DNA of 63,762 nt, counting the filler, from Reclinomonas americana ATCC 50394 (Eukaryota), in assembly GCA_048213135.1 (NCBI GenBank). It is 13 parts of 13 records of this genome, joined end to end, with 100 filler letters (N's around TTAATTAATTAA, not from the genome) between each part and the next. Parts side by side here need not be neighbours in the genome. Positions count along the whole stretch, not along the records: positions 43,885 to 58,487 come from AFZH01018499.1; positions 58,588 to 62,602 come from AFZH01018500.1; 11 more parts are not named here. One strand, 5' to 3'. The notes under the pieces were generated by a model. The model made no database searches and was not told the origin of the DNA. It was given only the letters and a program-made list of their open reading frames with translations. Positions 50,601 through 60,734 of the stretch are shown here, piece after piece. The stretch's first letter is position 1; the number at the start of each line of letters is the position of its first letter. Both the position numbers and the translations under genes were made by a program.

Positions 50601-51636
50601 GGCGATGCTGAAAGCATGCGCTCCGAGAGACCAAGAATGCCTACGCCACGGTGAACAGTGTCATCATGCTCAGCAAAGGAACCAAGCTGAGAGAGCGTAT
50701 CACAAACGTGTCAACTCACCATCTCGCGCCTCGTTGAGTTGATGCAACAGCTCATCTGTCGCATCCCGACCCACCTGCAGTCGACGGATCAAGTCGTGCA
50801 ACTCGCCCTCTTGCACACTTCGCGATTGATCGCCAAGCAGAGATGCCAGTTGCGGACGAGCTTCGTGTGCCTCTCTCGACAATAAGTCGAACACTTCTCG
50901 AATTCGCGAGACTGCCGCCCTCTGCAAACATTACACTCCGTCAGCCAGATGACAACTGAGCATGGAGGGCGGAACAGTGTGGTCAACACACCACATCGCT
51001 ATCAACAGGAAGCAGCCAATCTGGCGACACCCGCGGATGATCTCGGTGACCAGCGTATAGGAGGATCGAGAAACACAACTCAGCGCAAAAAGCGCGGCAG
51101 TCATGTACCTGGTATCGCCACTGACTCATGATCTCAACATCTGCCTCCGTCAGCTGAACACAAGCGCCCTCTCCGCCTGGCATTGAGCTGCGAAGAAGAA
51201 AGATTGGAGATGAAAGTCAGATGCAACAACTGGCAAGAGACAGAGAGAGAACAGAGAGAGAACAGAGAGAAAGAGAGTGACTCGCCGCGTGTCTCGTTTT
51301 CCTGGCGGCTTCAACCACTCTCGAATGTGATCCACACCCTCGCTTATGTACGAGTCAACAAACGCCGGCAACACCTGCTCCACTTTGCACTGCAATGCAC
51401 GAGTGCCCGGGCGCAGAATGGTCCCTAAGCTGTCCACCGTTACCGGAATGCTACGTCAAGATTTTGAGGAAATGGAATTACAAACTACAAGGGAAACAAA
51501 GCAAAGGGAACAGCTGTTGACATCAAGGCCTTTGGATTAGCCACGCAACTCAAGCACGAAGTCAGTGACTGTTACCGAGGATCCAAGCAAGTAACCCGAG
51601 ATTCTGGATGAACCTAAATACGAAGCACCAACATCC
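47652..51636 (-). CDS. NLR-like module 2: degenerate HEPN-like domain, NB-ARC (AfsR-like STAND) ATPase, TPR_12 repeats; one frameshift near 47790; possibly continuous with the upstream gene
   Basis: Spliced motifs FRFPSRRAQAAQL, Walker A VVVMGAGGSGKT (~50317-50355), VEMRGH, Walker B VLVLDNVGSLEQVR and sensor VVIVTSR. TPR units LGDNHVDTHMAMN, LGSDHPIAMSSM and FGESHPHSVVA. Confidence 0.8.
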
Positions 51637-54600
51637 CTGTGAGGGTACTGGCACCTTGCATCTCGCAAGTGGAGCACACACCTGTACCGTGTGCAGTTGA
51701 CAGCGAATCGTTGCGAGAGTACAATGGTTTGCTTGGAACCTTTACGGCCTCCGCTGAATCTCTTACTCCGTGGGCAATTGCGCTGGCCATTTCCGGAATT
51801 ACACAACCAAGAATTCGACAGATTAATCCAGTTGCAGACTCGGCAACTACGATCTGCTTGTTGAACGTAATTCCGACAACAAGGCCGGACGCACCGAGAT
51901 TACAGCATGACCGACTGAAAAGATAATCACAGGGACCGTTTCGAACTGCTTCACCCGTAAGAAGCTTCCACGATTTCATCACACCATCCATATCTCGACT
52001 TTGAACGAGGTTGGCTGCAGATACTTCCACGGACACCACTGCGGCAATGTGTTCCCCAAACCGTTGCACTTGCACTCCACTCGCCACCGACCACACACGC
52101 ACTGAATTGTCCCTTGCACCGCTAACCACATAGAAGTCATCTGTCGTTAGCGCCAAGCACGTTACAGCGCTCGCGTGGCCTGTGAGACAATGTACCATGC
52201 AGCCTGTGTCACATTGCCATACACGGACCGTACGGTCAGCCCCGGCGGTGACGACAAAAAGTCCGTCAGCGCTCACCGATACTGCACTTACAGAGTCATC
52301 ATGACCTTCCAGTCTGCGCACCAGTTCGCCGCTCTCCAGCGACAACACACGGACAACACCGTCACTGCAACTGCTGAAGACGTGGCCACCAATTGGTGCC
52401 ACCGCCAGCGCAGTCACCTCACCACCATGGCAGCACGCTTTCCACAGCTGCGTTCCATCAGTCGGACACCAAAGTTGCACAGTCCAATCATCACTGCCGC
52501 TCACACACAGCGCCTTATTCAAGTGAACAAATGCAACAGTATTAACCGCATCTTTGTGCCCGTGGTATTGGAGTAGTTCTTCACCAGTGAAAATTGACCA
52601 CACTCGAATGGAAGGTTCATTGCCGCCAGTAACCGCAATTGACCCAAATTTCGTCAGCGTACATGCCACGCACCGCACCCCCGTACCATGACCTCCCAAA
52701 CGACGAGAATGTTCGCTGTTGTCGGTTGACCAAAGGCGAAGTGTTCTGTCATGTCCACAACTCGCGATCAGCCCGGTCGGCGCCGTGGTTACGGCAAATA
52801 CTTCGACTTGGTGACCATCGAAGCGAAGGATCTCAAGACCCGTGACAAGAGAAAAAACTCTAACGGAATGGTCAAACCAGCCACATGCAATGTGGTTGCC
52901 GTCTGGAAACAAAGCTGCAGCTGTTGTTAAATGCCGCCTACTGTCAAATTTGAACTTTCGCAATTGCTCACCGCTAGCAAGAGACCACGTGCGCACAGTG
53001 CCATCATCACTGCCACTGATAATCCACTGACCATCGGCTGCAATTGTTACCGACCGAATCTGGCCTTCATGGCCTCTCATGCACCGGACTCGCTCGGCAG
53101 TCTGAAGCGAAAACACTCTGATTGTCATATCCCGACTGCCGCTCACTGCAATTGAGCTGTCCCGAGTTGATGCTACCGTCAACACACCGCCGGAATGGTC
53201 ACAAAAGCACCATTTTTCACGGCCGTCGGCGACATAGTACACACGAACGGTGCTGTCGTCAACGCCACACAAGATGTACTGACAGTTACTGGTAACTGCA
53301 ACTGATAAAACAGGCGACAGGGCGTCACTTGTTTGCCATAACAGCAACCCAGTTTCCAAAGACCACAGACAGACCGACCCATCTTCACTACCACAAACGG
53401 CAAACTGGTCATCTGATGAAATGGCAGTAGCCGTGACGTCGACAACGGATGAGCCGGATTTCGCAACAATTCTTTCCTCACCTGAAGCAGACCACACTCT
53501 TAACATGCCATCAGTACATCCACCGGCTACTTGCTTTCCAGAAGAAGCAACAGTGACTGAGGAAACCAATGCTCGACGCACTTTCATCGGCTCCTTTGGC
53601 CTCTTCACATCCGTCATATCCGCCCCTCTGAAATCGGCCTCCCTTGCGAACGCCGTGCACATGTTCACCCCTCTCAAATCCGCTCCCCTCCACACCGTCC
53701 GATGCATCACCGCGTCTCTCAAATCCGCACCCCTCACTCGCACACCCGACAGATCTCGCCCACTGAACGACACTTGCGCCACACACAGAACCGTCGCTGC
53801 ATTCGCTGCAGCCGTCACCACTCTCTCCTCATCCACCTCTCGTGACAACTCAACCACCTCCCACAATCTCGCTTGCAATCGAGGAGACCTTCGCATCACC
53901 TCGGCCATCTGCTCCACCAGCGCCGGTAGATCATTCAGCAAGCGGACTGCCAGCACATGCTGCTGCACATCTTCCATCGTCAATCTTCTCTCCTCATCCC
54001 ACGTTTCCCACGCAAACACATGTCGTGCCACACAATGCTCCAGCAGCGACAGATGCACGAACCCCCACTGATCTGTCCCATACCGTTGTACAATCGGACA
54101 GCACCCTCGTACATACTCGTTCCTGTGACCGAGGAACTTGTCAAATGGTCCCTCATCCACTCGTGGCAAGGCGAGTGGCGCACCACCAAAGTCATCCTCC
54201 TCACCACCATCTCCTGGCCGACTATCCGTCACAGACACACGAACCACGTTCCTCTCATGCATCAGCCGTGCCAGTCCCTCACAGAACGCGAGACACGTCT
54301 CCTCACTCGGCACACGCTCCGCACCGAGACGCGTCTGCCTCTCCTGCTCCCTCACTATCCACTGCCGAATGAATCGGTCAAACACATCACACCGAGTTGG
54401 TCGCTGCACACCACTCGCCACCAATTGCGGCAGAACACGAGCCACCACTGCCAGCAGGAACGGATTTGACACTAGTGCATCCAGTCCATGCACACTCTTC
54501 AGTGCACGAATGTACTCCTCCGCTGTCGACCACTGCACCCCTACATCATCATCGTCACCACCCACATGCACCAGTCGCTCAAAGTACTCGTCAATCTGCT

Positions 54601-56555
54601 CCATATTGAATGGCGCAATGTGTCGCTCCATCAGCTGCTGTATGCACAGCTGTCCTCGTGCATCCACTGGAGCGAAGTGCCGCTCATACTGCGTCACATC
54701 ACCCAGTGCCGTCAGTGCGTAATCCCCTCGACAGGTGATAATCACCTTCACATCGCGACACACATCCAGCTGGTTCTTGACAAACAGATTCACACCACGG
54801 TACAGCTCGTCGTACCCGTCAAGTAATAACAACAGCGGTTCCTCCTTCAACCGTCGCACGTCAGCCTCACTGAATCCCAACTCAGGTGAGAGTCGTTCGA
54901 GTGCCTCCTCCAATAATCGCTCATCGGCATTGCGCAGAGCGCCAAGAGGCACACGAACAGGCTCACGTCTGCTCTCTCTCGTCTGCCACTGCCGCCACGC
55001 TCGCTCGGCCAGCACCGACATGCTGGTGGTCTTGCCGGCACCACTGTTGCCGAACAGCACCAGAACACGGTGAGTGGTGTTGGAGTCGGAGAGGAAAGCA
55101 TCCACCTCCGTCAACAGATCCGCCATCTTGTCTCCCGAAGAGACGTCACGCTCACGGGAGCACAGCAGTGGCACATACATCTGCATGCCCTTGCGCACAC
55201 TATCGTCGTGCTGGTAGAACGAGAGCTCACGCACAGCCAGTCGATGCAGTCGCTCCTCGAATGTGCTGATGATGAGTCGCGCGTGGCGCGCCTCGCAGAT
55301 GCGAGCAGAGTATCGAGTGAATTCGCCAACTGTCAACCAAATGCGTGAAATGATGGAAAGAAAGACACCATCACCACCAAGGTACTGCTGCACAGTGGCA
55401 TCCGTCAACATGAGGTCCTTGTGAGCCAACGCCTTTCTCACATCGTTCAGCTCCTCCACAGCCTTCCGCTCATCAGAATTGTCAATTAACAGCAGCTTGC
55501 GACCGTCATCCTCAACAAAGCCACCATACAAGATGATGGAGGTGAGTGCAGTTGTGTCGAAACCATCACACGGAGGGCCGGATGAGGGGTCGGCGTCATA
55601 TGCCGCACGCCAGGACAACACCGCCGGCTGCTTCTCCTCGAACAGCTTGACTCGCCCAGGGCGGAGTGGAGCATGGCGATCACGCCATGCCATTACGTCA
55701 CTTGGGTGCATTCGCGGAGACCACAAATCCACTGCCCACGCCCGTACATCAAAGTCAGGATGATCACGACTGAACTGCGCCAGTGCGCATTGACAGCGCA
55801 GACGCACGGCCTCCTCCACCACCTCAAAGGCCATATTGATGCGCTGGGAGTTGATCATGCTGCAAGACACACAAAAGCACAGTCATCACATACTCGCTTC
55901 GAAGAGCAAGGAAGGGAGAGAGGAAGATGGCGACGGCAAGCAACACATGTACAAACCGAGTCACTCGCTCCGAGTTGCTGTGTGAAGACATGAGAGTGAG
56001 ATGCATGTTGTGCACAGAGGGATGGTCCACAAACACAAACCTTCCACTCTCACTCCCACTCCCTCCACTCGACTGCAGCACCACGCCAAGTGTCAGACGG
56101 ACAACAAGGTGAGTGGATGAGTTGATGCCAAGAGTTTTCAGCTTCAGCACACTCGCATCCTCCAAGTCGTACTCCACTGGCTTCTCCACCCCCACAATAT
56201 CCATCCGCCCATCTCCACTCTTCTCACGCAGCAAGCGTGTGGTCTCGCGCAGCAAGTCCGCGAGAGTGGACATGGCCGACATGCCCTCCACCACCACCGA
56301 CAGCGACGAATCGTGCGCCGCACTCACGTTCACAGAGAACTGCATGGAAGAGAGGGCGGGGAGAGAGCGGCGTGAGAGGTGACAGAGTGCGGCGTGAGAG
56401 GAGGGAAGCGATCAAACAAGATAACGCAAAAGAATGATGTGAGGGAACATACATGAATAGAAAGAGCGTGTGTGTGAGAGAGAGAGAGAGAGGGAGAGAG
56501 AGAGAGAGAGAGAGAGCGCGCGCAAGTGTGTAGAGTGACAACGACGCACCGACAT
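51614..56555 (-). CDS. NLR-like module 1: ubiquitin-like, HEPN (DZIP3-like), NACHT, pentapeptide repeats, ~13-14 WD40 repeats
   Basis: Exons: ATGTCG at 56555; UBL exon (…KTLGINSSTHLVVRL); then one ~4.2-kb exon. That exon has FDTTALTSII…VEELNDVRKALAH (R-X4-H at 55438-55421), Walker A LFGNSGAGKTT, Walker B LLLLDGYDEL, KVIITCR, NPFLL, FVHLSLLEH, pentapeptides GADLR/EADFRGADMT and many GH…W/D WD40 units. Confidence 0.9.
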
Positions 56556-56596
56556 TGTGCGTGCGATTTGTCGTGCGATGAACTGAAACTTGTCAT

Positions 56597-58399
56597 CTAA
56601 TCTGTCGTCGGGTTTGTCGGGTTCTTCCGTGAAGCACCCTTGTCACCACACCCCGCTGCACCGCCAAGTGCAGTCACTACATTCATATATCCGACAAGCC
56701 CATCAAAAATCCTGTCAACACAAACAAGACGACATGCGTCAGCACTCGACACCCCTTCTTCCTCCGTTTTATTACCAGAGGAACCCACCGCAAACGCATC
56801 ATCGCACAGTTTGACTCTCTGTGGCAAGGTGTCTGTGCGCCGGAGTCAAGCATGCACGACGAGAGCAAGCACCAACTGCGCGCTGATCTTGTTCGAAAAG
56901 AAGATCACGCAGCGGAGGCAGAGGAATAGAAGCAACGGCGGAGTGGAGGAGAAGTAACAACACCAGAATTATGCGTGAGTGTAGGAGGAGAAGGAGCCAG
57001 ATGGGGAGCTGCTTGCCAGGACAAGGAGACGGACTGCGAGAGGAGACGATAAACATGCCCCTGCACTGGTTGAGGTGTCCATGGCGACAACAACAGGTCA
57101 TCGCCCATGTGAGGAAGAGATGGCACAAATGAGTTAAACAAGCAGTGTGAAGTCGTGATGCAAAGGAAGCGCGATCAATTCTTGGTACTCATTCTCATAG
57201 AAGTGGGTCAATGCAAAAGAATGCATCGCGAACAACACGTGACGACAAGTCAGAGAACTGTCGCACGCACCATGCTGCACTACAGTGATAAAATTACATG
57301 CGACTTATACTACCACAACACCAGCATCCTCCAACACCCCCAGCAGCCGCACAATCTGCGCAGTTTGCTCCTCCTGCGCGCCGCACAACCAGAATTCAAC
57401 AACCCGCCCTCCTCTTCCTCCCTTCACCCCCGCTCTTCTCACCTCCAGCGCCCTATGCGCCTCCATGGCCTGCCGTATGGGCTCCATCGCCTCCCACTCC
57501 TCCACAAACTCCTGATCCGCACTAATCTGCCGCGTCAATCGCCACCGCTGGTCCTGCAGTCGCAGGAGCTGCGACTTGAGGAACTGAATGTGGTCCTCGG
57601 TGTCCTCCGCCCCTGCATCACACGCATGAGGCAGAAGCTCACCAAAACAAAGGGACAAGACATCGCAACTCTCCAATCGTCTCCGCGTCTCCGCGCGCTT
57701 CTTGTCGGTGATCGACACCATGATGCCGACGTTGCGGTTGGCGCGTCGCACCGAGTCCTCCGCGGCGATGATGTCTTGGGGCTGCGCGGGGGAGAAGGGG
57801 GAGGCAGGGGAAAGGGAAGGAAGGGGGAAGGGGGTGAGAAAACAGGAAAAGAAGGAGGATATACGAGCGTGGATGATGCAAGCAAGTGTGGGATAGAGAG
57901 CGCCTATCGGAGTGGCAGAAACAGAGAGCGTGTCTCTCTTTTGCTTGATGTCTGTGCTGCTCTATATCACTCACACTCGCTCTCTCGCCTGTCATATCTC
58001 GCACTCTTCTAGGTGTTGATCACCTTCCTCTAACAAACAGCCTACAGCGCGTTCGCTGGGTCATCCTCTCTTACCCTTCTCTCTCCTATTCTGTCTCTTT
58101 CTCTGTCTTACTGCCTATCTGTCTGACTTACAGTTTGTCAGTCTGTCTCTCTCCGTAATCCATCGTTACCTTCCAGCTGGGGATCACCTGCATTTATCGA
58201 AATTTTCCACTGCGTTCTCTCTGTCATCTCTTTCACGCCACTCCTTCAACTCATCTCTCTCTCTCTCTCTGTCTGTCTGGCCTGTCGTACCCTTCCTCGT
58301 CTACGTGGCAACCTCCGTCTTTCCTGTTCCATGCGCGTGTTGTCTCTCATCCTCTTTCTTCAGTTCCACTCACTCTCCCTTTTTTCTGTCTCGCACACG

Positions 58400-58487
<88 letters not shown>

Positions 58488-58681
58488 NNNNNNNNNNNNN
58501 NNNNNNNNNNNNNNNNNNNNNNNNNNNNNNNTTAATTAATTAANNNNNNNNNNNNNNNNNNNNNNNNNNNNNNNNNNNNNNNNNNNNGTTTCCTTTCCTT
58601 ACTTACGGTACGGTACGTACTACCTACGTCCTACTACGTAAGTTACCTACCTCGTACTACTTTACTTACTACTACTCTACG

Positions 58682-58741
<60 letters not shown>

Positions 58742-59270
58742 TCACCTGTTGGTTCTCTCCCTCCTCTAAGTGGGAACCTCTATCAAGTTTCCGACAGTGT
58801 GTTCTTTCAGTCATCTTTCCTGCCCATCTGACCCTCTGTTTTCTCTCTCCCTCTGCCTGTCTCTCTCCCTCCCCCACCCCCCTCCTCTCTCTGCAACTGG
58901 CCTCTATCGATGTTTTCTATTGTGCGTGTCTCTTAGGTCCACTCCTCCCTCTCTCCCTCTCCCTCTCCCTCCCCCTCTCCCGCTCCCTCTCTCCTCCCCC
59001 CACTCAAACCCACCGACCCCCTCGGCGACCTCAACAACGTTGGTCTCCGATACAACGGCGACTCCGGAACCGACACCGCCGACGACGCCGACGGCGACGA
59101 CAAGGGCGACTGTGACGACGACGACGACTGCTCCTCCGCAGCCGACAGCGACAGCGGTGAGGGCGGGGCGTCCTTTGACCAGCGATCCGGTGGGACCGCG
59201 ATGGAGGCGGCGTGCAGGTGATGCGGCGAGGAGAAGAGTGGGGAGAGGCGCACGGTGGTTTGCTTGCGAC
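56597..59270 (-). CDS. Hypothetical Ser/Pro-rich + coiled-coil protein, multi-exon; boundaries uncertain
   Basis: Splice-flanked exons with coding-like composition: ~59270-59020 (SPLFSSPHHL…PESPLYRRPTLLRSPR) and ~57780-57330 (ITDKKRAETRRRLE, HIQFLKSQLLRLQDQRWRLTRQISADQEFVEEWEAME). Possible last exon ends …NPTTD* at 56597. Confidence 0.45.
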
Positions 59271-60329
59271 GGGGGGACCAGATGGGGCTGTGGGGGAGGG
59301 AGGGAGGGATGGTAGGGAAAAGGGTGAGGGAAGGGAAGGGAGGGAGGGGAAGGGAAGGGAGGGAACGAGTGAGGGAACGAGTGAGGGATTGAGTGGTGCA
59401 GGGAAGAAAGAGAGAGAAAGTGTATGTGCATGTGGTGACTGCAGTGAGAGAGGGAAGGTGGGTGTGGCTCATTCCTTTCATCGCTGTGCACTCTCGCTCG
59501 CTCACTCACTCTTTCATACACACTCTCTCACACACACACACACACTTGCTCTCACTCACTCACTCACTCACTCACTCTCCCCCTCTATAACACACACCTT
59601 TTCACTGCACTGCACAGCACTCACTCACTCTCTCTCTCTCTCACACACACACTCACTCACTCACTCACTCACACGCACTCTCTCTCTCTCTTTCTCTCTC
59701 ACACACACTCTCCCTCACTCACTCTCACACTCACTGCACTCACTCTCACTCACTCACTCACTCTCACTCTCCCTTCTCCTCACTCATTCACTCACTCACT
59801 CACTCACTCACTCACTCATTCACTCCCTCCTCACTCACTCACTCTTGCACACTCTTTCCCTCACGCTCTCACTCTCTCACTCGCTCACTCACTCACTCAC
59901 TCACTCACTCTCTCACTCACTCATGCACTCACTCCCTCCCTCACTCACTCACTCACTCACTCTCATTCACACTCACTCACTCACTCTCTCTCTCTCTCAC
60001 GCACACACACACACACACACACTCACTCCCTTCCCTCCCTTCCCTCCCTTCCCTCCATTCCCTTCCCCCTCCCCCCTCTCTCCCACACACTTCCACGCAA
60101 CGGAGGCAAGTTCCTGCGCACACACAAACATCAGCAAAACACCACACCAAACACCAGAGAGCGATGACCACGAAACGGAATGTTTTTTCCGGCCCTCGCA
60201 TGCCGCATTGCGCGCAGTTGCGTTGCGCGCACCTCACTCAGTGGTTGGTGGTGCGCACGGTGGTAGCCGTGAGGGTCATTGCCCTCAGATAGCATCTGAG
60301 AAAAGCGATGCAGGACAAACAGCTTTCAT

Positions 60330-60665
60330 TGACCTTCCTTCTTCAAGCCAGAGAAAGCAAGGTGGGAGACTGCATGCTGTCGATGTCTTAGGCTTGTATT
60401 GCTTTTGGCAGTGACCCAAGAGAGCACAGCATTGCAACTTCCGATATCGACTTCGCTCGGTTTCGAATTGACGACCTTGCTGTCTCCTCGAGGCCTTCTC
60501 TCTTCAAATCAGAGAAAGCATGGTGAAACTGCATGGTGTCGATGCCTTTGACGAATGCTACATGTGACTCTGACTGAAGGAAGCAAAGCATTGCACCTAT
60601 CGACACCGACTTCGCTTCTCATGGACCTCCTCTCGTCCACGATATCAGAGAAAGCCGACTTCGAG
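60330..60665. repeat. Degenerate ~160-bp tandem duplication just downstream of the transposase-like ORF
   Basis: 'cttcaa..cagagaaagca.ggtg..a.actgcatg.tgtcgatg' at ~60341 and ~60502; 'gcattgca.ct..cga.a.cgacttcgct' at ~60429 and ~60588; a third partial 'cagagaaagc' at ~60646. Confidence 0.75.
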
Positions 60666-60734
60666 TAAAACAACGTGCTTCATTCACCACAGCACAGAGT
60701 ACTCTGTCCAACAGTCGCCTTCTCCCTCTCCCAC

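Noticed and set aside
58588..58682. tac/gtac-rich low-complexity contig start
   Set aside because: Same read-end artefact next to a (CT)n microsatellite.
59212..60414. Long ORFs rich in S/L/H/T or E/R/G (this 400-aa ORF and many similar ones)
   Set aside because: They are translations of microsatellite or purine-skewed introns, or antisense shadows of real exons.
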